A stretch of DNA of 25,860 nucleotides from a virus (lineage: Duplodnaviria; Caudoviricetes), in IMG/VR virus record IMGVR_UViG_3300032330_000451, positions 1 through 25,860 of that record; one strand, 5' to 3'. A program made the position numbers and the translations under genes. Of the stretch, positions 1-9,500 are shown piece by piece. The notes under the pieces are model-generated. The model ran no database searches. It saw only the letters and a program-made list of their open reading frames with translations, and was not told the DNA's origin. Within the stretch, counting starts at the first letter, position 1, and the number at the start of each line of letters is the position of its first letter.

Positions 1-1
1 A

Positions 2-1099
2 GTTGACGAAGAATTATCATCTACTGGTATTGGTTCAAAAGTTGGTGTTGACAAAGCTGTTAACCCAGGTACACAACCTACATTAGATGCTGACACAGAC
101 TTATCAGTTGGTGTTAAAAAAGATTCAGGTAAACCTGAGCAAGCTGGTACAGACTACAAAAAAGTAGCTGATATCAACGAAGAAGAAGATTCTTACCAAG
201 ATGACGCTATGGCCGGTGACGATGAAAAACAAAATGAAATCGCACAATTAAGAGCTAGATTAGCAGAATTAGAAGGAGATGATTCTGAAAAAGAAGAAAA
301 TCCATTTGCAAAGGCAGAGGGAGACGATTCTAAAAATGACGATTATGGAATGGAAGATGAAGGTGACGACCACGCTGAACCAGACATGGATAACATGGGT
401 GGTGAAAGTGACATGGATGCTGACAACGAAGATGATATGGACTTAGAAGCTATTATCAGAGAATTAGAAGCACAATTGGGTGATGATGACCAAGAAGAAA
501 AGCCTGAAGAAGATGAAGCTATGTATGAAGACTTAGCAGATGGTTCTGAAGCTGGCACTGACAAAGGTGAAACACCAAAAGTTGTTGTAACAAATGAAGC
601 GGAAGAAGATTCTAAAGAAGATGACAAAGATGTTGTTGATTTAGAAGAAATTTTACGTGAAATGGAAGCTGACATGAAAGATGACAAAGAAAAAGTTGAT
701 GAAGCTGAAGAAGCTGAAGAAAAGGAAAAAGAACTTAACGAAGCTTATAAAGTAATCAAATCTTTACAAAAAACAATTAACGAAGTTAACTTATTAAACG
801 CTAAGTTATTATTCGCAAACAAATTATTCAGAGCACACAACATGACTAACGAACAAAAAGTGAAAGTGATTGAAACTTTGGATAGAACAAATTCAGTTAG
901 AGAAGTGAAATTAGTTTACTCTACATTAGCAGAGAATTTCAAATACTCATCATCTAACAAATCTACTAAAAAATCAATTTCTGAAGGAATCGCTAGTAAA
1001 GTGACTAAGTCTACTAAACCGGCAGTATCTAAGCAAGTAATTGCAGAAAATACTCAAATCTCTGACAGATTTCAAAAGTTAGCAGGTATTATTAAATAA
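2..1099 (+). CDS. Prohead core/scaffolding protein (T4 gp22-like role), 5'-truncated
   Basis: The frame is open from nt 2 (VDEELSSTGIGSKVG...) through the ATG at 209 to TAA at 1099, so the true start lies upstream of the window. Very D/E-rich low-complexity body, C-terminal coiled coil (LNEAYKVIKSLQKTINEVNLLNAKLLF), terminal RFQKLAGII, and position directly upstream of the major capsid gene. Confidence 0.8.
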   Translation, partial: VDEELSSTGIGSKVGVDKAVNPGTQPTLDADTDLSVGVKKDSGKPEQAGTDYKKVADINEEEDSYQDDAMAGDDEKQNEIAQLRARLAELEGDDSEKEENPFAKAEGDDSKNDDYGMEDEGDDHAEPDMDNMGGESDMDADNEDDMDLEAIIRELEAQLGDDDQEEKPEEDEAMYEDLADGSEAGTDKGETPKVVVTNEAEEDSKEDDKDVVDLEEILREMEADMKDDKEKVDEAEEAEEKEKELNEAYKVIKSLQKTINEVNLLNAKLLFANKLFRAHNMTNEQKVKVIETLDRTNSVREVKLVYSTLAENFKYSSSNKSTKKSISEGIASKVTKSTKPAVSKQVIAENTQISDRFQKLAGIIK

Positions 1100-1119
1100 A
1101 AATATTAAAAAACAAAACA

Positions 1120-2736
1120 ATGGACATTAAAAAATTAATGACTGGCGCAAACCCACAAAGCGTAATGCTTGAACAAACTAGAGGTTTGAAAGCTAAATGG
1201 GAAAAAACAGGCTTACTTGAAGGAGTAGGTTCTGAAACAACAAAGCATGGTATGGCAGTAATGTTAGAAAACCAAGCTAAACAATTATTAGATGAGGCTA
1301 CAAGAACAGGTACATCTTCAGGTTCTGAAGAGTGGGCAGGTGTTGCGTTACCTTTAGTAAGAAGAATCTTCGGTTCTATCGCAGCTAAAGAATTCGTTTC
1401 AGTTCAACCAATGAACTTACCTTCTGGTCTTATTTTCTACATGGATTTCAAATATGGTACAGCTAACGACGCAAACAGACCAGCTTCTGGTTCTTCTATG
1501 TTCGGTAATGGTGGCACTTTCGGTAAAGATAATTTATCTCCTGCAGGAAACAAATTGGGTTCTACTCAAGCAGCTGAAGGTGGTTTATATGGTGCAGGAA
1601 GATTTGGATACACAATCAATGACGTAACTGCTGCAGCTACTGCAACTGTAACTTCTGGTTCTGCATCTGATTTCATCGGTAACGAAACATTATCTGCATC
1701 TTTCGCAGCAACTCCAAATGCGTGGAGAAAAGTAAAAGTAGGTTTACCTTCTAATGCTGATTACAACGCAGTAAGAGCATTCAAAGTTTCTGGTTCTACA
1801 TCAGTAACTCATTTCCCTGAATTAACTACATTAGATTCAGTAGGTTCTGCATCTTTTTATGTATCTTCTTCAGCGGTATTAGTTGCAACTGATTTAACTG
1901 CTCAAACTTTAGTTTACTCTAAACAACCTGATGATATTTCAAGAGGTGACTTCGAAGATAGAGGTGCTGATTTAGCAATTCCAGAAATCGAATTAGAATT
2001 GAAATCTGAACCAATTGTTGCTAAGACAAGAAAATTAAAAGCAATTTGGACACCGGAATTAGCTCAAGATTTAAACGCTTACCATAGTGTAGACGCTGAA
2101 GCTGAGTTAACTCAAATGTTGTCTGAATACATCTCTTTAGAAATCGACTTAGAAATCTTAGAAATGTTACAACAAAACGCTTTCACTACTGACTATTGGT
2201 CAGCTAGAGTTGGATATGATTATGATTCTACTTCTGGTAGATTCGCAGTTGATTCTAACGCAGCAGCTGCTTCTGCTTACACAAAGAGCACTTGGTATCA
2301 AACTTTGGGTATTAAATTACAAAAAGTTTCTAACAAGATTCACCAATTGACTATGAGAGGTGGTGCAAACTTTATCGTTGTATCTCCAAACGTAGCAACA
2401 ATTTTAGAATCAATGAATGGTTTCTCTGCAAATCCTGGTAAAGACGCTTTACAATTTGCTGCAGGTGTTACTAACATCGGTTCTATCTCTAACAGATATG
2501 ATGTTTACAAAAACCCATACATGACAGAGAACGTTATCTTAATGGGCTTCAAAGGTTCTAACTTCTTCGAAACAGGAGCAGTTTACGCACCATATGTTCC
2601 ATTGATTATGACTCCATTAGTTTATGACCCAACTAACTTCACTCCAAGAAGAGGTGTTATGACTAGATACGCTAAGAAAATCGTAAGACCAGAATTTTAC
2701 GGTAAAGTTATCGTTGATGGTTTAAACACTTTATAA
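1120..2736 (+). CDS. gp23: Major capsid protein, T4 gp23 family
   Basis: gp23-family motifs: LENQ, PLVRR..IA.EFVSVQPMNLPSGLIFY, IVAKTRKLKAIWTPELAQDLNAYHSVDAEAEL..LS.YI.LEID.EI, YAPYVPL...DP.NFTP.RGVMTRYA. Codon usage looks like a highly expressed gene. Confidence 0.96.
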   Translation: MDIKKLMTGANPQSVMLEQTRGLKAKWEKTGLLEGVGSETTKHGMAVMLENQAKQLLDEATRTGTSSGSEEWAGVALPLVRRIFGSIAAKEFVSVQPMNLPSGLIFYMDFKYGTANDANRPASGSSMFGNGGTFGKDNLSPAGNKLGSTQAAEGGLYGAGRFGYTINDVTAAATATVTSGSASDFIGNETLSASFAATPNAWRKVKVGLPSNADYNAVRAFKVSGSTSVTHFPELTTLDSVGSASFYVSSSAVLVATDLTAQTLVYSKQPDDISRGDFEDRGADLAIPEIELELKSEPIVAKTRKLKAIWTPELAQDLNAYHSVDAEAELTQMLSEYISLEIDLEILEMLQQNAFTTDYWSARVGYDYDSTSGRFAVDSNAAAASAYTKSTWYQTLGIKLQKVSNKIHQLTMRGGANFIVVSPNVATILESMNGFSANPGKDALQFAAGVTNIGSISNRYDVYKNPYMTENVILMGFKGSNFFETGAVYAPYVPLIMTPLVYDPTNFTPRRGVMTRYAKKIVRPEFYGKVIVDGLNTL

Positions 2737-2776
2737 TCTTTGAGTAGATTAGATAAGTAGTAGACTTACAATAAAG

Positions 2777-2810
2777 AAAAAGGGAGAGTAGAAATACTTT
2801 CCCTTTTTTT
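2777..2810 (+). terminator. Rho-independent terminator after the capsid gene (possibly bidirectional)
   Basis: AAAAAGGGAGAGTA-GAAA-TACTTTCCCTTTTTTT: stem with one G-U pair, GNRA tetraloop, 3' T7 tract and 5' A tract. Confidence 0.9.
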
Positions 2811-2823
2811 ATTTATATAATTC

Positions 2824-2832
2824 ATATTTATA
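2824..2832 (+). promoter_or_regulatory. ATATTTATA intergenic motif (candidate late promoter)
   Basis: Lies just after the terminator, 25 nt upstream of the neck-gene ATG; the same motif recurs in five other intergenic gaps. Confidence 0.6.
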
Positions 2833-2857
2833 GTAGTAAAACTATAAATTTTTAATA

Positions 2858-4066
2858 ATGTCTGTAAACACATATTGGACGGGTTCAACCTATAATGCAT
2901 TTTTATCAGCATCAGCATCATTTGAAGCAACTCCATTTGGAATATATGATAATGATTCTGATTTTAAATTAGATGCACCAAAAACGGCAACTTGGGTAGC
3001 CAGAAGATTGGGATATCCTATTGTTAATATTGAATTAGATAATCAACAAATTTGGGCATGTTTTGAAGAATCTACTTCGGAATATTCTGCACAGGTAAAT
3101 CAATTTAATCTTAGAAATAACTTAGATATTTTAAGAGGTCAGCCAAAAGGTAAAATTGCAAATTATTCTCAAACTCTTGTAGATGGTTCATATTTACCAA
3201 CTGCAATTCGTATGTCTCAACAATATGGAACACAAGCGGGTGTGGGTGGTTCTACTGCTATACAAAAGGCATATGTTGATTTAACGGCATCGGTTCAAAT
3301 ATATGATTTAATGAATCAAGCCGTAGATGTTAATACTAATAAAAAATTTAATCAAGTATTTAGTGGGTCATCTACTGTTGATGTAACAAAAGTATTTTAT
3401 GAAGCAACTCCTGCAATTACAAGATTCTTTGACCCATATTCAGTTGGTGCACAAGGAACTCTAAACTTAATGTCAGAATTGGGATTTGGCAATTATTCCC
3501 CAGCTGCACAATTTTTAATGATGCCTTTATATGAAGATATATTAAGAATGCAAGCAATTGAATTTAATGACCAAATTCGTAAATCAACATTTAGTTTTAA
3601 TATAGTAGATAATAAATTGGAAATATTTCCTGTTCCAAGTGGTATGGGATTGACTAGAATATATTTTGAGTATATGAGTAGAGATGAATTTGAACATGAT
3701 TCTCAAAGTATACAGGCAGAGTCACTTTCCGATTATTCCGATATTCCATATGATTTTATTCAATACTCAAATATAAATGAAGTTGGTAAACAATGGATTA
3801 GAAAATACACTCTTGCATTATCAAAAGAATTATTAGGAGCAATTAGAGAAAAATATAGTACTGTTCCAATTCCAGATGGTGAAGTTAATTTAGATGGTGC
3901 AGCATTAAGAGCAGAAGCACAGGTAGAGAAAGATGCATTGATAACACAATTAAGAGAAAATTTGGAAGAAATGAGTAGAAAAAATGTAATGGAAAATAAA
4001 GCACATGAATCGACTCACCACCAAGAAATGTTAAGAAAAGTTCCTTTAAAATTATATGTAGGATAA
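2858..4066 (+). CDS. gp13: Neck protein / head-tail adaptor, T4 gp13-like
   Basis: N-terminal RRLGYPIVNIELDNQQI and C-terminal WIRKYTLALSKELLG.IR.KY..VPIP.GEV.LDG resemble conserved gp13 segments; located after the major capsid gene. Confidence 0.82.
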   Translation: MSVNTYWTGSTYNAFLSASASFEATPFGIYDNDSDFKLDAPKTATWVARRLGYPIVNIELDNQQIWACFEESTSEYSAQVNQFNLRNNLDILRGQPKGKIANYSQTLVDGSYLPTAIRMSQQYGTQAGVGGSTAIQKAYVDLTASVQIYDLMNQAVDVNTNKKFNQVFSGSSTVDVTKVFYEATPAITRFFDPYSVGAQGTLNLMSELGFGNYSPAAQFLMMPLYEDILRMQAIEFNDQIRKSTFSFNIVDNKLEIFPVPSGMGLTRIYFEYMSRDEFEHDSQSIQAESLSDYSDIPYDFIQYSNINEVGKQWIRKYTLALSKELLGAIREKYSTVPIPDGEVNLDGAALRAEAQVEKDALITQLRENLEEMSRKNVMENKAHESTHHQEMLRKVPLKLYVG

Positions 4067-4067
4067 T

Positions 4068-4529
4068 ATGCCAAAGTTTTTAGTAGGTAGAGATATCGAA
4101 TTTTTTAGAAATGTAGCTAGAGAACTGGTTGATACAGTTGTCGAAAATACTTGTGTATTGTTTAAAATAAATTTGAATGAAACAAAAGTAAACATTTATG
4201 GTGAAGCTATAAATAAAACATGGCATCCCGGAGTTGAGTTATACACTTTAATTGATAAAGAACCTGAATCAGCTAGATATGAAGGATTTGGTTTAGATAC
4301 AGACCAAAATATAACTTTCAAATTTGATAGATTGTTATGTGAAGAAAGAAACGCATATCCGGAAGTTGGTGATATTATATTTTTTAATGAAGGATATTTT
4401 GAAATTGATAATACAAACGAAATACAATTGATAGGTGGTTTGCCTGATGATGGTAGAAGTTGGAGTATAATATGTTCAACATTTATGGTATCTAAATCTA
4501 ATCTTAATATAGAAGAAAGAATTAAATAA
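4068..4529 (+). CDS. Head completion / neck protein, T4 gp14-like
   Basis: IYGEA..K and PEVGDIIFF...YFEI resemble gp14 (P.EGDLIYF..LFEI); lies between gp13-like and gp15-like genes. Confidence 0.68.
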   Translation: MPKFLVGRDIEFFRNVARELVDTVVENTCVLFKINLNETKVNIYGEAINKTWHPGVELYTLIDKEPESARYEGFGLDTDQNITFKFDRLLCEERNAYPEVGDIIFFNEGYFEIDNTNEIQLIGGLPDDGRSWSIICSTFMVSKSNLNIEERIK

Positions 4530-4531
4530 TT

Positions 4532-5665
4532 ATGTCAGTAAATCCACTAAAACCGAATTTAAATAGAGGAAATCAAATTAAATCCACAAAAAGTGATTTA
4601 AAACAAAGTATTAGTCTTTTTGATATAGACTATGCTATGATGTCTTATTTGGAAGATACGGCTTTACCTACATTGGAAGATGGTAATGGTAAATCTATAA
4701 AAATTCCGGTAATATATGGTAATTCGGAAAGATGGAATGGTTCTCGTAGACAAGGTGTTTATAGAGATACACATGGTAAAATACAATTACCATTAATGAT
4801 GATTAGAAGAACATCAATTGCAAAAGATGATACTATGCCAATGTTAAATAGACATGTATCATATCAAGGTATAACAAAATATTCAAAAGATAATAGATAC
4901 GATAGATTTACTGCATTGGGTGGTAGTGTAAAACCAAAATATGAAGTATACAAAATAACTATGCCAGAATATGTTGAGGTTAGTTATGATTGTATGTGTT
5001 GGACATCTTTTACCGAACAATTAAATTCGGTAATAGAACAATTACAATACACAGGAACTTATTGGGGAGACAAAGAAAAGTTTAAATTTAGAACAACTGT
5101 TGGTGAATTTAATGTTGTAAATGAAGTAGGTGAAGGAACTGAGAGAATCAATAGAATTGAATTTACTTTATCAGTTAAAGCTTATTTACTTCCAGAAAAA
5201 TTTGATGGAGAATCACCAATTAAAAAATCATTATCAACCAAAAGAGTTGTTATTGCAACGGAAACGGATGTAACTGGAAATGGTAGATTGGAAGGAATGT
5301 TAACCACACCATCACCATATTACGATAATAAAGATTTGATTGATTTTTTATCTTTGAATAATAGTAGAATTGAAACAATACCAATTACAACACCACCAAC
5401 TATTAATACAATTATATTTAGTCGTATTAAACTAATAAAAGCACCTGCTCAATTGGCATCGGTTATATCAAATGGTTTATTACATGATGGAAACACATAC
5501 GATGTAAAACTTTATATAAATGGTGTTAGATATTATCAATCAACACATTTTACAGCAATTGTTTCAAACGATTCGTTGGTTATAACATTTTTACCTGGCA
5601 CTTTAGGATATAATGTAGAATCAACCGATGAAATTGCAATAACTGGTAAATTTATTGATTTATAA
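4532..5665 (+). CDS. Tail terminator / tail completion protein, T4 gp15-like, with C-terminal extension
   Basis: KIPVIYG..ERW, IQLPLM.I.R and PEYVEVSY...W...EQLN..IEQ match the gp15 pattern (VP..YG, LPRMS, PY...F.L.I.....QI.EQ). An extra ~110 aa beta-rich C-terminal region follows. Confidence 0.7.
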   Translation: MSVNPLKPNLNRGNQIKSTKSDLKQSISLFDIDYAMMSYLEDTALPTLEDGNGKSIKIPVIYGNSERWNGSRRQGVYRDTHGKIQLPLMMIRRTSIAKDDTMPMLNRHVSYQGITKYSKDNRYDRFTALGGSVKPKYEVYKITMPEYVEVSYDCMCWTSFTEQLNSVIEQLQYTGTYWGDKEKFKFRTTVGEFNVVNEVGEGTERINRIEFTLSVKAYLLPEKFDGESPIKKSLSTKRVVIATETDVTGNGRLEGMLTTPSPYYDNKDLIDFLSLNNSRIETIPITTPPTINTIIFSRIKLIKAPAQLASVISNGLLHDGNTYDVKLYINGVRYYQSTHFTAIVSNDSLVITFLPGTLGYNVESTDEIAITGKFIDL

Positions 5666-5994
5666 TGAAACGAACATTTTTAGATATTGTTAAAAAAATT
5701 AGTATAAATATTCAAAGAGTTAAATTGACACCAAAAGATTTAACACATCCAGAATATTTTATTTACGAAGCAGTGGGTTGGAGATTTATAGATATATTAA
5801 GAGAAATAGAATATAGAACTACACAAGATAGATTAGATATAAAAGTAAATAGTCAATCAATAGAACCAAGAGACTATGTATATGAACAGGGTATGAGTGG
5901 AATATTGGTTAAATTTAAAAAATCAAATTTTGAATTTAATTTAGATGATGATGATTATATAGAAATAAAAGGAGATATAGAACAATATGCTTAA
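5665..5994 (+). CDS. Hypothetical virion-associated protein with a small beta module
   Basis: 109 aa ORF coupled to the upstream gene by a TAATG overlap; its C-terminal half resembles the C-terminal module of both neighbours. Confidence 0.75.
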   Translation: MKRTFLDIVKKISINIQRVKLTPKDLTHPEYFIYEAVGWRFIDILREIEYRTTQDRLDIKVNSQSIEPRDYVYEQGMSGILVKFKKSNFEFNLDDDDYIEIKGDIEQYA

Positions 5995-6562
5995 ACAATT
6001 TTCATCAAATAATAGAAAAATAACTAGAAGTATTACCAAAAATATAAAAGGAAATACTTTAGATAATGATGCTTATATTGCATATTTAGAAAGTATTGCG
6101 GAAGCGGAATATGCAGAACATAATACGGGTATACAAAAAATAAGTTCAAATACCCGTAAAAATATAAATCAAAAACAAATAATAAATAATTCTAATAAAA
6201 TAAAAAACTTTCATGATGAGATAGTAGAATTTGGTGCAAAATATATTAAAAGAAAAATTGATAGTTTTGATAATACCGGATTTGGTTCATTAAAAATAAA
6301 TAATGTTTTTTTAGATTATGGTTTAGAAGGTGCAACTCCTGATAATTTTGAAGTATTAGTATATGGTTTACATATTCCTGGTGATTTTCACATAGAACAA
6401 TGGGAAAATGATGTGGTTATAGAGTTGCATGATACATATATAGATTTTGATTCTACAACAATAGATGATATTTATGTTATAGGTAAATTAATAGAATTAA
6501 ATTTAGATACCGAAGATTATTTTGATTTAAGAACTGAAAATGACGAAAATATAATATTATAA
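5987..6562 (+). CDS. Hypothetical virion-associated protein with acidic LxTE tail
   Basis: 191 aa ORF overlapping the upstream gene by 8 nt; beta module FEVLVYG...DDIYVIGKL and terminal LDTEDYFDLRTENDENIIL. Confidence 0.75.
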   Translation: MLKQFSSNNRKITRSITKNIKGNTLDNDAYIAYLESIAEAEYAEHNTGIQKISSNTRKNINQKQIINNSNKIKNFHDEIVEFGAKYIKRKIDSFDNTGFGSLKINNVFLDYGLEGATPDNFEVLVYGLHIPGDFHIEQWENDVVIELHDTYIDFDSTTIDDIYVIGKLIELNLDTEDYFDLRTENDENIIL

Positions 6563-6563
6563 A

Positions 6564-9500
6564 ATGGCAAACCAAAGTAAAAGAATATCGGAATTACCTT
6601 CATTAAGTCCTGCATCATTGGATACAACTTATGTAGTTGGTATATCTGGTAGCACAACATATAAAATTTCAGTAAATCAATTAACATCTTCGTTAGATAC
6701 TACATTTGCAACCGATTTAGTAACTGCTGCATTAAGTAGTTCTTTGGATGGTAAATTATCAACATCATCATTTAATCAATATACAGCATCTTTTACAGCA
6801 AGTGTAAATATAAACACAGGTTCATTTGCAACAACCGGCTCAAACACATTCAACGGAAACCAAACTATTAGTGGTTCTTTATTTGTAAGTGGAACAACGG
6901 AATTTGGTGGAGATTTAGTTCCAAAGTTCCCAAGTGGTTCTACATTAGGAACTGCATTAAGACCATTCAAAGGAATATTTGTATCATCGGGTTCAATCAA
7001 TATAGCATCGGATGTAATCGGTGACCCAAATACAACTCTATCAAATGTAGGTGGAAACATTTTAGTTTCTGCCGGTGGTATGAGATTAATTGGAGCAGCA
7101 TCATTCATCGCAGTAACTGGTTCATTCCAATATTTAAGTGGTTCATTTACTCACATTGGAGCACAATTTAATATTGGTGATATTGTAACAACGGGTTCTC
7201 TACAAGTTAGTGGTTCTACGGTAATGATTGGTAACAACACAATGCAAGGTAATACCCTATTGAGTGGTAGTTTTGGAATTACAGGCTCGACATCATTTAG
7301 TGAATTAGGAAATACATCTCTATTATCATTTAGTTCTTCATTAAATAGTAGAATAATATCTGCAACTAACGAACAAAGTTTAGGACATTTAGTAACTACA
7401 TCTTCATTCAATTCATATACTGCAAGTATTTCGACTGGAAGTTTAGTTACTTCAATAACAAATTTGAACACATTTACTGCTTCACAATCTACTGCAAGTT
7501 TGGTTTATTCAATAAATGCTTTAAATACATTTACTGCTTCACAATCAACTGCAAGTTTGGTAACAAGATTAAACACAATTGAAAGTGTAACATCTTCATA
7601 TGAAACAAAAGGTAGAGGAATATGGAGTGGTTCGGCACAATTACCATCGGGTGTAGTTTCAGGTTCAATACAAGTATTAGGTGGTAGTGGTGTAGTATCG
7701 GGTTCTTATGAAACAACAGGTAGAAGTATTATATCTTCATCTGCACAAATTACATCATTAGGATTTACAACAACGGGTTCAAATACATTTATTGGAAATG
7801 AAACAATAACCGGTTCATTAAATGTTAGTGGTAGTTTTTATTTAAATGGTGCACAATTTATATTAACCGCATCTGTTGGTGTAACAACAGGTTCATATTA
7901 TATTCCAAATAATATAAGATTATCTGGAAGCATTTCATCGTTGCAAGATGTTTTAACATTTACATTACCAAGTAATGGTATTTGGGAAATAAATTATGGT
8001 GGACAATCTTCAAATTATAGACCAAATAATGGAAGTGGTGAAGAAGCATATTTATGTTTAACGGATTCTAATAATAATATTTTACCAAATAGCACACTAT
8101 TAGTTGCAGCTGATAATAATTCAGTTTATACGGCCGGAGCATCTTATAGAAATTATTTTATTACAACAAATCAACAAACTCTTTATAAATTAAGAGGTTT
8201 TGGTAGTGGTTATAATGAATTGGCATCGGATGTAACGGGTATATTATATAAGAGATTAGATTATTTTGCATCTGCAAATGTTCCATATGGCACTATTAGT
8301 TCTTCGGCACAAATTACATCTTTTGGATTTGTTAGTGGTTCATATTTGACATCATTAAGTGGTGCAATAAGTTCTTCATCTCAATTAACTTCTTCATATG
8401 ATACAAGATATACATTGAGTGGTAGTGTTCAACCATTACCTTCAAATTTAATAAGTTCATCTGCACAAATTACGGCATTTGGATTTATCAGTTCATCAAC
8501 AACAATACCTGTCGGAACTATATCAAGTTCAGCACAAATTACATCATTCGGTTTTGTTAGTGGTTCATATTTGACAAGTTTAAGTGGAGCAATTAGTAGT
8601 TCTTCGCAAGTTATTGGAATACTAACATCACTAAATACTTATACGGCATCGGTATCAACTGGTTCATTATTAACAACTGCAAGTTTCAACCAATATACTG
8701 CAAGTATTTCAACCGCATCTTTGGTTAATTCTATAAACGCATTAAATATATTTACCGCATCTCAATCGACTGGAAGTTTAGTGAGTTCAATTGCAAATTT
8801 GAATACATTTACTGCTTCAATTTCGACTGCAAGTTTAGTTAGTTCAATAACAAATTTGAATACATTTACTTCAAGTAATGCAAATACATCTTTAAATACA
8901 TTTACTGGAAGTGTTGTATTAACTTCTTCATTCAATCAATATACTGCAAGTATTTCGACTGCAAGTTTGGTAAGTTCAATAAATAGTTTAAATACATTTA
9001 CTGCTTCTCAATCAACTGCAAGTTTATTAACTACTGCAAGTTTTAACCAATATACTGCTTCAATAACAACGGGCTCATTGGTAACTACAAGTTCGTTTAA
9101 TAATTATACGGCAAGTATTTCGACTGCAAGTTTGGTAAGTTCGATAACAAATTTAAATAACGCAACTTCATCTTACGAAACACAAGGTAGAAGTATTATA
9201 AGTTCATCCGCACAAATTACAGCATTAAGATTTGTAAGTTCATCGGTAACGGCATCTTCAATTGTAAGTGCAAGTTCGACTACAAATGTAATATTATTCA
9301 CAAAAGGTGATGGTAGCACATTAAATGTGACTGTAGCAACTGGTAGTGCAACATTTGTGACAAGTTCATTTGGCACATTCCACGATACAACTACACAAAG
9401 TGGTTCTGCGAATACGGCATATGTAATGAAATTAAATTCCGTAGACCACCAAGATGGAGTTATACTTTCCGGAAGTGGTGGTATGAAAGTATTGCAAGCA

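Noticed and set aside
209-1099. ATG at 209 as the true start of the scaffold gene
   Set aside because: The frame is open back to nt 2 with the same coding style, so the gene starts upstream of the window.
2743-2766. Short AGTAG/TAGA repeats after the capsid stop codon
   Set aside because: Too short and low in complexity to distinguish from chance.
6555-6570. Programmed frameshift fusing 5987..6562 to the 6564 fibre
   Set aside because: TTA TAA A ATG has no canonical slippery heptamer or evident downstream structure; simple translational coupling explains it.
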